Assembly: GCA_963740085.1 (NCBI GenBank)
Contig: CAVUCU010000001.1
Coordinates: 1,216,001 to 1,280,000 of the forward strand
Direction: 5' to 3'
DNA length: 64,000 bases
From: Nitrospirota bacterium
GTDB lineage: Bacteria; Nitrospirota; UBA9217
The notes beneath the pieces are model-generated. The model saw only the letters and a program-made list of their open reading frames with translations. It did no database searches and was not told where the DNA came from. Positions within the stretch are counted from its first letter, which is position 1; every line of letters starts with the position of its first letter. Below are positions 29,831 to 38,860 of this stretch, piece by piece. A program made the translations under genes and the position numbers.

Positions 29831-31882
29831 TTAAATCGTCTTCATTGCCTCATTCGAATAGCTGCTTTCCTGCCCTGACGTATTTACCGTTGTCACTGTA
29901 AAATAGTATGTCCCGGGTGAAAGGTTCAACGTTTTTGCAATAGTAGTTATTCCGGGATTTGTGACAGTTACAACTTGTGAGTACGTTTGGGATGCTGTTC
30001 CATAATATATTTTATATATGGACAGATCCGTCAGCGGATTCAAAGAAGATCCATCCGTGTTTGTCGTCGGCGCATCCCACGTCAAGGTTACAACACCGCC
30101 ACCCGTAACAGTAAGCAAGGTAGTACCTGCAATGCTCCCTGATGTTGCCGTGATCGTCGTTGAACCGGCAGCCACGGACGTGGCCAATCCCTTGGAACTT
30201 GCTGCGTTGCTGATGGTTGCAACGCCCGAAGCCGATGAGTTCCAGGTTACCGATGTCGTCAGGTCCTGAGTTGAACTGTCGGAGTAAATTCCGAGGGCAG
30301 TAAACTGTCGGGTTGTCCCCTGTGCAATGCTCGGATTGGTCGGGTTGACCGCTATGGACACGAGCGTTGCAGAGGTCACCGTAAGTGCGGTCGATCCCGA
30401 TATACCTCCCGATGTTCCCGTGATCGTTGTCGAACCGGCAGCCACGGAGGTGGCCAATCCCTTGGAACTTGCTGCGTTGCTGATGGTTGCAACACCCGAA
30501 ACCGATGAGTTCCAGGTTACCGATGTCGTCAAGTTTTGCGTCGTACTGTCGGAGTAAGTTCCTATGGCAGTGAACTGCTGGGTTGTTCCTTTGACAATGC
30601 TCGGATTGGTCGGGGTGACCGTTATGGACACGAGCGTTGCAGAGGTCACCGTCAGTGCGGTCGATCCCGATATACTTCCCGATGTCGCCTTGATCGTTGT
30701 TGAACCGGCGGCCATGGACGTGGCCAAACCCTTGGAACCTCCCGCGTTACTGATGGCTGCGACACTTGCAGTCGATGAATTCCAGGTTACCGCTGTTGTC
30801 AAGTTTTGAGTCGTACTGTCGGAGTAAGTTCCTATGGCAGTGAACTGCTGGGTCGTTCCCTTGACAATGCTCGGATTGGTCGGGGTGACCGTTATGGACA
30901 CGAGCGTTGCAGAGGTCACCGTCAGTGCGGTCGATCCCGATATACTTCCCGATGTCGCCGTAATAGTTGTTGACCCGGCGGCTGCTGATGTTGCCAGACC
31001 CTTGGATCCCGCTGTGTTGCTGACGGCTGCAACACCCGAAGATGATGAGTTCCAGGTCACGGCTGTCGTTAGATCCTGCGTCGTACCGTCGGAGTATGTG
31101 CCCGTGGCATTGAACTGTCGGGTTGTCCCTTTGACAATGCTCGAATTGGTCGGGGTGATTGCTATAGACACGAGTGTTGCGGGAGTCACGGTCAATGTCG
31201 TCAATCCCGATACACTTCCCGATGTTGCCGTGATCGTCGTTGATCCGACTGCTGCCGAGGTAGCGAGTCCATTGGTATTGGAGCCGGCTACGTTATTGAT
31301 GGTTGCAACGCCTGCAGCCGATGAATTCCATGCTATCTCTGCTGTCAGGTCCTGCGTCGTATTGTCTGAGAACGTCCCCATGGCAGTGAACTGCTGAGTT
31401 GTGCCTGGTGCAAGGCTTGGATTGGCCGGAGTTAAAGCTATGGAAACAAGTGTTGCTGAAGTCACTGTCACGTCAGTCGATCCCGATATGTTTTTGAATT
31501 TCCCCCAGATCCTTGCCCTGCCCCAGTGTGTTGCTGTTATGTACCCGGGGCGATAAAACGAACTTGAGTTCGAAGCGTACAATCCCGTGAACCTTGCTTC
31601 ATCTATGCCGGAGGCAACATCTAAAGCCGATGTAGTCCAGGTTACGGATGACGTCAGGTCTTGCGTCGTATTGTCCGAGTAGATGCCGGTGGCCGTGAAC
31701 TGTTGACTCGTATTTTCTGCCAGTGTCGGATCACTAGGCGTTATCGAAATGGAAGTGAGTTGTGCCCCGGAACTGCTGGTCGAAGTATCAAGATTGGCAG
31801 TGCCCCCTCCGCTTCCGCATCCGAGCAGACCGGTGACAAGCAATAATGCAAGAAGAATGAAGTATGATTTTTTGTTTAACAT
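29831..31882 (-). CDS. Surface lipoprotein with six Big_2 (Lig-like) Ig repeats and a C-terminal FN3-like domain
   Basis: Lipobox LLGC; ~90-aa repeats LVSI.VTPTNPSI.KGTTQQFTA.G.YSD.TTQ.LT..VTW.SS; terminal VTLTWDAP...YKIYYG...YYFTVT. Confidence 0.9.
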   Translation of the reverse strand: MLNKKSYFILLALLLVTGLLGCGSGGGTANLDTSTSSSGAQLTSISITPSDPTLAENTSQQFTATGIYSDNTTQDLTSSVTWTTSALDVASGIDEARFTGLYASNSSSFYRPGYITATHWGRARIWGKFKNISGSTDVTVTSATLVSIALTPANPSLAPGTTQQFTAMGTFSDNTTQDLTAEIAWNSSAAGVATINNVAGSNTNGLATSAAVGSTTITATSGSVSGLTTLTVTPATLVSIAITPTNSSIVKGTTRQFNATGTYSDGTTQDLTTAVTWNSSSSGVAAVSNTAGSKGLATSAAAGSTTITATSGSISGSTALTVTSATLVSITVTPTNPSIVKGTTQQFTAIGTYSDSTTQNLTTAVTWNSSTASVAAISNAGGSKGLATSMAAGSTTIKATSGSISGSTALTVTSATLVSITVTPTNPSIVKGTTQQFTAIGTYSDSTTQNLTTSVTWNSSVSGVATISNAASSKGLATSVAAGSTTITGTSGGISGSTALTVTSATLVSIAVNPTNPSIAQGTTRQFTALGIYSDSSTQDLTTSVTWNSSASGVATISNAASSKGLATSVAAGSTTITATSGSIAGTTLLTVTGGGVVTLTWDAPTTNTDGSSLNPLTDLSIYKIYYGTASQTYSQVVTVTNPGITTIAKTLNLSPGTYYFTVTTVNTSGQESSYSNEAMKTI
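30110..31460. repeat. Tandem ~270-bp intragenic repeats (Big_2 units)
   Basis: For example atggcagtgaactgctgggt at 30564 and 30834 (270-bp period); adjacent copies are nearly identical. Confidence 0.9.
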
Positions 31883-31947
31883 CTTATGTTCCTCCTCTGC
31901 CCCGGGCGGGACATGAATGATAGCGATTCTCTTCTCGTGTTGAGGTA

Positions 31948-32014
31948 ATAATACGGTAACCCCAGTAAGTAGTCTGTGATTCCAGTTACAGTATGCTTTG
32001 TGATTTCAATCACA
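31948..32014 (-). promoter_or_regulatory. Promoter with two Crp/Fnr-type boxes upstream of the Ig-repeat gene
   Basis: TGTGA-N6-TTACA at 31975-31990 and a perfect TGTGA-N6-TCACA at 31999-32014; -10 TATTAT at 31953-31948. Confidence 0.65.
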
Positions 32015-32287
32015 TAAGCACATGTCCGGTTCTTGACGATTCAAGTCACTGGCTGCTTCAAAATGGATTCTGTTTGGGTTTATGGTAAAGGGGAATGTCG
32101 GGTCTGAGGTGAATGTCCTGTGGTTGGATTTATTATTATGGCGGCCTGAACTCAAAAAATTATTGCGTATCCTTTGAAAAGTATCTATACTACGTCCGTT
32201 CAGCAATGTATCGCCAAAAAATCAAATTCTTTTCAACATGAGTGAAACACTCTTTAGTCTTTTGACAGGATTGCAGGGTTTAACAAT

Positions 32288-32315
32288 TTGACAGTATATA
32301 TAAAAAGTTTAATCT
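32288..32315 (+). promoter_or_regulatory. Sigma70-like promoter of cysteine synthase
   Basis: TTGACA-N16-TAATCT, flanked by the imperfect inverted repeat gacaggattgcagg / cctgcactccggtc. Confidence 0.45.
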
Positions 32316-32403
32316 GCTTGCATCCTGCACTCCGGTCAACTGACTTTTCCGGTGTGACGCGTTTTCAAATCGGTTTTATCCGGGCTACGGGGGGACCAGC
32401 TCG

Positions 32404-33312
32404 ATGAGCATTCTCGACTGTATTGGCAACACACCACTTGCTCTGCTGGACAAGATAAACCCGAACCCGAGGGTCAGGCTTTTTGGCAAGCTCGAAGGGA
32501 ATAACCCCGGCGGATCGGTAAAGGACCGCATTGCCTGGTATATGGTCAAGTCCGCAGAATCGGAAGGTAAGCTCTCAAAAGGATCGACTATCCTCGAGGC
32601 AACATCGGGCAATACCGGGATCGGACTTGCAATGGTCGGCACGGCCAGGGGGTATAAAGTCAAGCTCGTGATGCCTGAGTGCGTGAGCATGGAACGGAGG
32701 AAAGTGCTTGAGGCCCTCGGTGCTGAGCTGGTCCTGAGTCCCGGCAACGAAGGCACCGACGGCGCGATCCGGCTGGCGCACAGGCTCTATGACGAGCACC
32801 GGAACGGATATTTCATGCCAAATCAATTCGATAACCCGGCGAACAGCCTGGCCCATTACGAGACCACTGGCAGGGAGATCTATGAACAGACCAAGGGCGA
32901 GGTCAGTGTTTTTGTTGCGGGTATGGGCACGACCGGCACGCTCATGGGCGCGGGCAAACGGCTCAAGGAATTCAACAGCTTAATCACCGTCATCGGCGTA
33001 GAACCCCATCTGGGGCACAAGATCCAGGGACTCAAGAACATGAGCGAGTCCATCGTCCCTAAAATTTTCAACCCGAAGTCGATTGACCAGAAGTGGAGCG
33101 TGGTGGACGAGGATGCATTCACGATGACGCGCAGGCTGGCGCTCGAGGAAGGCTTGTTTGTGGGCATGAGCAGCGGCGCTGCCATGTGGGTGGCGGTCAA
33201 GAAGGCAACGCAGATGAAAAGCGGCACGATCGTTGTGGTCCTGCCGGACCGCGGGGATCGTTACCTCAGTACTGCTTTGTTCACCTCGGTCTGCGCGCAG
33301 TGCCCACCGTAA
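32404..33312 (+). CDS. cysM: Cysteine synthase (PLP-dependent, CysM/CysK family)
   Basis: IGNTPL, KLEGNNPGGSVKDR, EATSGNTG, GMGTTGT, GMSSGA, PDRGDRYLS motifs. Confidence 0.88.
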   Translation: MSILDCIGNTPLALLDKINPNPRVRLFGKLEGNNPGGSVKDRIAWYMVKSAESEGKLSKGSTILEATSGNTGIGLAMVGTARGYKVKLVMPECVSMERRKVLEALGAELVLSPGNEGTDGAIRLAHRLYDEHRNGYFMPNQFDNPANSLAHYETTGREIYEQTKGEVSVFVAGMGTTGTLMGAGKRLKEFNSLITVIGVEPHLGHKIQGLKNMSESIVPKIFNPKSIDQKWSVVDEDAFTMTRRLALEEGLFVGMSSGAAMWVAVKKATQMKSGTIVVVLPDRGDRYLSTALFTSVCAQCPP

Positions 33313-33379
33313 AAGACTTTCTGTTTCGATTATTGAATTCTCTTTGTGAAAAACAGACCGGGAAACAACGAACAACAAT

Positions 33380-33796
33380 CTATTCTCCGATGATTTTTAC
33401 CAGCACCCGTTTCTTTCGCCTGCCGTCGAACTCACCGTAGAATATCTGTTCCCAAGGTCCGAAGTCGAGCTTGCCGCCCGTAATCGCAACCACTACTTCA
33501 CGTCCCATAATTGAGCGCTTCAAGTGGGCGTCGGCATTGTCTTCGCCGGTATTATGACGATACTGCGAAACCGGCTCATGCGGCGCGAGCTTTTCAAGCC
33601 AGACCTCGAAGTCATGAAACAGGCCGCGCTCATCATCGTTGATGTACACCGATGCGGTGATATGCATCGCGTTCACGAGGATCATTCCTTCCTGAATACC
33701 GCTCTCCCGCAGACAGTCCTCGACCTGGGGCGTGATATCGATGAACCCCCTTCGCGACGGGACGTTGAACCAGAGTTCCTTGCGATAGCTTTTCAT
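33380..33796 (-). CDS. yjbQ: YjbQ/UPF0047 family protein
   Basis: [33 protein letters not shown] motifs. Confidence 0.92.
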   Translation of the reverse strand: MKSYRKELWFNVPSRRGFIDITPQVEDCLRESGIQEGMILVNAMHITASVYINDDERGLFHDFEVWLEKLAPHEPVSQYRHNTGEDNADAHLKRSIMGREVVVAITGGKLDFGPWEQIFYGEFDGRRKKRVLVKIIGE

Positions 33797-33820
33797 AAGT
33801 TAAAGGACGTAATGTGATGA

Positions 33821-36079
33821 TTACGCGAACTTCACTGCCTTCACCGCTTTTAATCCGACTGATCCCCGGGTCATCACTCCCAAGGGTTTCAGCTCGATCA
33901 CCTTTTCCCTGCCCTTCTCGTCGATGACCTTCACCTGCGCGCCCTTGCGTACGGGCCTGAAGAGCGCGACCTCGCCGTTCTTCACGTTCACGAGCTTGAC
34001 GCCCTTGCCCGCGCCGGTGAGCGCGGGGATTTCCTTTGCCGCCACGACAACGGCCTTGCCTTCCGTCGTAAGGAACAGGACATTCGGCAGATCGAGGATC
34101 TCCACGCCCAGGATGCTGTCGCCCGGCTTTACGCCGGCGAATTTCTTTCCCGCCCTCGTCGTCGTGGAGTTGAACGGAGCAAGGTCGAATGCGAAGCCGA
34201 TGCCCTTTGTGGAGACGGTCAGCGCCGTTACCTCGCGCGGGGCCAGGGCAAGTTCCGCCTGCGTCTCCGTCTCGTCTCCGGCCAGCGGGCTCGCGAATAC
34301 TGTCGTCAGGTTCATCGCTCCGATCGGCCGTTCGCCGTCTCCGAATCTGAACAGATGCTGGATCGGTTCACCGAACCCGGAGCCGGCCGGCAGGTCAAAG
34401 GCCTTCACGACGTAGACCTTTCCCGCTGACGAGAACACAGCAATGTTGTCCCTCGTATTAGCGGGCAGAATGGAGAGAAGCTCGTCTCCTTCCTTGAACC
34501 GAAGATTCTCGCCCACGGTCTTGACGCGCCTGATCCATCCCATCTTGGTCAGGATCACGGTCACTTCCTCGTGGACGATGAAGTCTTCCTGGGAGAACTC
34601 CACGTCCTCGGCGGCCTTCATCACCGACCTGCGCTTATCTCCATATTTTTCCTTTATCTCGAGCAGCTCAGTCTTGATCAGGCTCCAGATCTTTTTCTGA
34701 CTCGCAAGAATGGCCTCGATATCTTTTTTTTGCTTCGTCTTCTCGTCCTTTTCCTTGAGGATGCGCTCGATCTCGAGACCTACCAGCTTGTAGAGCTGCA
34801 TGTCGAGAATCGCCTTCACTTGATCATCGTCAAGCTTGAAATGCTTCTTAAGCTTCTCTGCAGCATCGTCGCGCGACTTCGCTTTGCGAATAATCTTGAT
34901 CGCCGTATCGAGGTCGTCGTAGAGCACCTCGAAGGCACGCAGAATATGGAGCCGGACCTTGAGCAGTCGCAAGTCATGGGTCAGCCTCTTGGTGGTGATC
35001 TCGTGCCGGAAGTCGAGGAAGTACCTCATGATCTGCTTGAGGGATAACCGCTCCGGCTCCATGTTCGGTTTAAGCGCCGTGAAGTTGATCGGAAAGGTCG
35101 TCTCGAGATCCGTGTGCTTGAAAAGATATGCAGTGACAAGCTCCACGCTCGTTTCGGCCTTGAGCTCAAGCACCAAACGAATCTCATGGGTGGACTCATC
35201 GCGCACAGCCGAGACCTGCGGCAGTTTTCGTTCCTCCGTGAGTCCAATAAGCTTCTCAAGCAGCTTCGCTTTGTTCACCTGATAGGGAATCGACGTGAAG
35301 ACGATCGCCTGTCTGCCCCGCGGGAGATCCTCGACCGCATATTCGCCGCGGATCCTGATGCCGCCGCCGCCCGCCTCATAGATATCCCTTAGCTCTTTTT
35401 TGGAATTCAGGATCTGACCGCCGGTTGGAAAATCCGGGGCCTTTATGAACTTGAGCAGGTCTTTCACTTCGATGGTTGAATTGTCTATCAAGGCCGCGAG
35501 GCCGTCGATCACCTCGCCGATATTGTGCGGGGGGAAAGAGCAGCTCATGCCCACGGCGATGCCCGAGGTTCCGTTCACGAGGAGTTGAGGGAACCGCGCG
35601 GGCAGGACGACCGGCTCCTTGAGCGAGTTGTCATAGTTCGGACGGAAACCAACTGTGTCCTTGTCGATCTCGAAGAGAAGTTCTTCTGCGATCTTCGAAA
35701 GCCTCGCCTCAGTATATCGCATGGCCGCTGCCGGGTCTCCGTCAAGGCTCCCGAAATTGCCCGACCCATCGACGAGCGGGTAACGGAGCGAGAAGTCCTG
35801 GGCCATTCTGACCATGGCATCGTATGCCGCCTGATCACCGTGGGGGTGGAACTTTCCGAGAACTTCTCCGACCACCGCCGCGCTTTTTCTGAACCTGGCC
35901 GTGGGGCCAAGTCTCATTTCCCACATGGCAAAGAGGATCCTGCGGTGCACGGGCTTCAGACCGTCGCGCACATCGGGAAGCGACCGGGACACGATGGTCG
36001 AGAGCGCATAGGTAAGAAACCTGCTTTCGACCTCGGAATGGAGCGCAGTGTTCAAAATTGAATCCTCGAGTATCGGCAT
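33821..36079 (-). CDS. parC: Type IIA topoisomerase subunit A, ParC-like
   Basis: [28 protein letters not shown] catalytic Tyr; short CTD with no QRRGGKG GyrA-box. Start ATG 36079 with SD aggagg. Confidence 0.8.
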   Translation of the reverse strand: MPILEDSILNTALHSEVESRFLTYALSTIVSRSLPDVRDGLKPVHRRILFAMWEMRLGPTARFRKSAAVVGEVLGKFHPHGDQAAYDAMVRMAQDFSLRYPLVDGSGNFGSLDGDPAAAMRYTEARLSKIAEELLFEIDKDTVGFRPNYDNSLKEPVVLPARFPQLLVNGTSGIAVGMSCSFPPHNIGEVIDGLAALIDNSTIEVKDLLKFIKAPDFPTGGQILNSKKELRDIYEAGGGGIRIRGEYAVEDLPRGRQAIVFTSIPYQVNKAKLLEKLIGLTEERKLPQVSAVRDESTHEIRLVLELKAETSVELVTAYLFKHTDLETTFPINFTALKPNMEPERLSLKQIMRYFLDFRHEITTKRLTHDLRLLKVRLHILRAFEVLYDDLDTAIKIIRKAKSRDDAAEKLKKHFKLDDDQVKAILDMQLYKLVGLEIERILKEKDEKTKQKKDIEAILASQKKIWSLIKTELLEIKEKYGDKRRSVMKAAEDVEFSQEDFIVHEEVTVILTKMGWIRRVKTVGENLRFKEGDELLSILPANTRDNIAVFSSAGKVYVVKAFDLPAGSGFGEPIQHLFRFGDGERPIGAMNLTTVFASPLAGDETETQAELALAPREVTALTVSTKGIGFAFDLAPFNSTTTRAGKKFAGVKPGDSILGVEILDLPNVLFLTTEGKAVVVAAKEIPALTGAGKGVKLVNVKNGEVALFRPVRKGAQVKVIDEKGREKVIELKPLGVMTRGSVGLKAVKAVKFA

Positions 36080-36235
36080 GAGAACCTCCTTCGTTATCGC
36101 GGTTTCCGGAATGGAATCAATGATACTATCCGTCAACACACAATGCGGTGTTATTTTATCACAAACGCTATTTTATAACAAACAATGCGTATTTTTAAAG
36201 GATGATTTAATTGAAAAGTGGTGTATACTATAGCC

Positions 36236-37093
36236 ATGTTCAACCTGCTGACCAAACAGGCTGAGGCTTATAGACGCGACACCTTTCGCTGTGGCAACTG
36301 CAACCGGGATTTTGAAGCCAAGGTCATTACCTGGGTGGACGTCTCTAAAACGCCTCAGGCCAAACAGGCGCTGCTGAAATGGCAGTTCAACCTTCTCCAG
36401 TGCACTCACTGCGGCTTTCGCAACTTCTCCGGCTCACCCTTTTTCTATGAAGACTTTGAGGAGGGGCTTCTGATCGCCGTATTCCCAAGCATCCCGGATA
36501 ATCGGGGAGAAATCGAGAAGGCAATCCGCGCGAAATACGGCTACTACCCGGCGCTCGAATTTTTTTATGATATGACCCAGCTCTGGATGCTGATCTATTT
36601 TCAAGATCACTACCATGCAAACAGAAACCTGCGCACACTGTCCCGCATCGGACGGGGTGAAGAACGGTTGCGAAAGATGCTGCGGTTCCTGAAAGAGGAC
36701 CAACTGATGATCAACATCCGCGAGAAACTCACCGAATCCTTCTTCAACAATGCCGCGAACGACGAACTCGTGGAGGTCCTGGGCCAGGCCGTCTACTCGC
36801 TGGAAGAGATGCTTCCCTGGCCGATGGACAGGCGTTGCTTGTGCGGGGCGGATCTTGCTCATGAGTTCAAGTGCTGCGGCAAACAGGTTAACCTTGCTGA
36901 GCATGAACTACTGCTCTCGCGGCACTACGTCATCTACTGCCCGATCTGCAAAGAATCCCTCTCCGGCGCCTCATGCGCAGAGTGCGGCAGGGTCTACACC
37001 TGGAAACTCGGTACGGTTGGAACATATAAAAATGACGGCGGCACATCCACACGCAAGAACACTGCGGAACGGAAGACGCAGGCGCACCTTTGA
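36236..37093 (+). CDS. CpXC-domain zinc-ribbon protein
   Basis: FRCGNC...F, FN..QCTHCG...F.Y.D CpXC pattern; additional C-terminal Cys clusters. Confidence 0.75.
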   Translation: MFNLLTKQAEAYRRDTFRCGNCNRDFEAKVITWVDVSKTPQAKQALLKWQFNLLQCTHCGFRNFSGSPFFYEDFEEGLLIAVFPSIPDNRGEIEKAIRAKYGYYPALEFFYDMTQLWMLIYFQDHYHANRNLRTLSRIGRGEERLRKMLRFLKEDQLMINIREKLTESFFNNAANDELVEVLGQAVYSLEEMLPWPMDRRCLCGADLAHEFKCCGKQVNLAEHELLLSRHYVIYCPICKESLSGASCAECGRVYTWKLGTVGTYKNDGGTSTRKNTAERKTQAHL

Positions 37094-37493
37094 AAAGTTC
37101 CAGCCTTTTTCCCCTGCTCACGAAGACCCTGTAAACGCAAAAAGGTGGTGATTGCTCACCGCCTTTGTCACTGAGCTTTTCAAGAGGAAAAGGGCGACCC
37201 ACCCGTATTCGCAGGTTCGGGGACCACTGCGATAACAATGCCGAAACCTTCATAAGCGTCGCCACCGGCTGCGCCAGGATATCCGGTGAATGGCAGCTAC
37301 AAAGAAGAATCTTCTATCGTTAACCTGTCTAAATAGATTGATGATCTTTTCGAGAAACACATCCTTATTTCAACCGTACGAACGCAACTTCGACGAAACT
37401 TCGGCTTAAGCTTGGTTTAACGACTCAATGGATTCGCTCATGACCAAGCCGGCCCCGTCCTTACTCCGCTCGGAGGAGTTGACCGGATCAGGT

Positions 37494-38831
37494 TTACAAA
37501 ACCGCTGTGGAAAGCGGGCTTGCCTTACTGCCGGTCCCCATCTTGAAATTAAAGATACCCTTAAGATGATACTCTGGCGGTGGGACCAGTGTTGAATCAT
37601 TGTCGGTTAATGTAATATCAAAATCACCAGTTGCCTCGGTTGCCGTTGAACCAGGTGAAAAGGAAATGGTGCCCTGACTCACTTTTTTCAGCGTGGATCT
37701 CTCTCCATTGAAGACAAGGAATATACCGGGGAATTTCTCGTACTGAGAATTGTCTTCAATGGCAAACGTTTTGCCACCGATGCTCGGCATGACACCGTTG
37801 TCCGATTTCTGAATGTCGATCCTGATGACGGTCCTGAAATTTTCATCCCAGACATTTTCCGCAACATTGGCCTGTATTGACCAATACGCATCATTGTTCG
37901 TTGAATAATAGAAATTTGGCTTTACAAGCCCATACTCATCATCAGTGACCGTTAAGTAGTTGATATGGGCCAGATTCTGGTCGACAGTTGCGGCAGTTAT
38001 TGCCGAACTGGTTCCGGTTGTTTCACTTGCCGTTGTACTGCCGGATGAGGCCTGACTGCTTCCGCCTCCGCTGCCGCATGCTGCCAGGAGCGCGACCAGC
38101 ACCGCGGTCATGAGCATCTGTTGAAGGTGTATTCCGTGTTTTATGTGATGGGGCTTGGCATACCCTTCTTCAATGAGCACCTCACCAAGCTTTTTCCGGG
38201 ACCCGGTCTGTTTGAGGAGAGCATCATCAAGTTGTCTGCGCGAGATAGTGCCTGAAGAGACCAGTATCTCCCCTAGCTTAAGCGGGCCGGGCACCGGTTT
38301 GGCATTGCCCTGGTTCTGTTGAAAATCGAGGACGCCGTACAGCTCTCGTTTCGTTAACAGGCCCTGGCGAACCAGAACCTCGCCGAGCTTCTCGCCGCTT
38401 CTCTTTTGATCGGAAATCGCGCGCTCAAGTTGTTCGCTCGTGATTCGTCCTGCCTGAACGAGCAGGTCGCCCAGCAGTCGGCGAACGCCCGCGGCAATCT
38501 TGACCGCGTCCTCGACGCGGTCAAGATGTTCCTGCACAGAAAGTGCTACCTTGATATCCGCAGGATCAATAATATTCATCCTGACCAGTACCTGACCAAG
38601 AAGTTCATTGGTTTTCTTTTGTTCCTCCAACGCGGCTTCGACGTTTTGCCGGGGTAGAAATCCGCCATCAATCAGGATCTGTCCGATGAAGCGCTTATTT
38701 TGTTTTTGTTTCAGCATAGGTAGCTCCTTTGCGTTGCTTACAGCCGCGCTTTGCTTCTTGTACGGAGATTCCGCCATCTTCGTGCCGCTAAAACGTCTGT
38801 CTGCGCGATCTCCATTTTCAGAGTATATCAT
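37494..38831 (-). CDS. Triple MshEN-type (c-di-GMP-binding) domain protein with an internal lipobox and a C-terminal beta-rich domain
   Basis: Six xLGxxL(V/I)xxGxIxxxxLxxALxxQ half-motifs, then MLMTAVLVALLAAC-GSGGG; SD aaggaagg before ATG 38831. Confidence 0.8.
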   Translation of the reverse strand: MIYSENGDRADRRFSGTKMAESPYKKQSAAVSNAKELPMLKQKQNKRFIGQILIDGGFLPRQNVEAALEEQKKTNELLGQVLVRMNIIDPADIKVALSVQEHLDRVEDAVKIAAGVRRLLGDLLVQAGRITSEQLERAISDQKRSGEKLGEVLVRQGLLTKRELYGVLDFQQNQGNAKPVPGPLKLGEILVSSGTISRRQLDDALLKQTGSRKKLGEVLIEEGYAKPHHIKHGIHLQQMLMTAVLVALLAACGSGGGSSQASSGSTTASETTGTSSAITAATVDQNLAHINYLTVTDDEYGLVKPNFYYSTNNDAYWSIQANVAENVWDENFRTVIRIDIQKSDNGVMPSIGGKTFAIEDNSQYEKFPGIFLVFNGERSTLKKVSQGTISFSPGSTATEATGDFDITLTDNDSTLVPPPEYHLKGIFNFKMGTGSKASPLSTAVL

Positions 38832-38860
38832 CTTTCAACCTTCCTTTCTCTGCATCCGGA

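Noticed and set aside
30110-31460. Regular repeats as a possible CRISPR array
   Set aside because: They are 270-bp coding tandem repeats with no unique spacers, and there are no cas genes.
33821-36079. Annotation as gyrA
   Set aside because: The C-terminal domain is short and has no GyrA-box, so ParC-like is preferred. A phylogeny would settle it.
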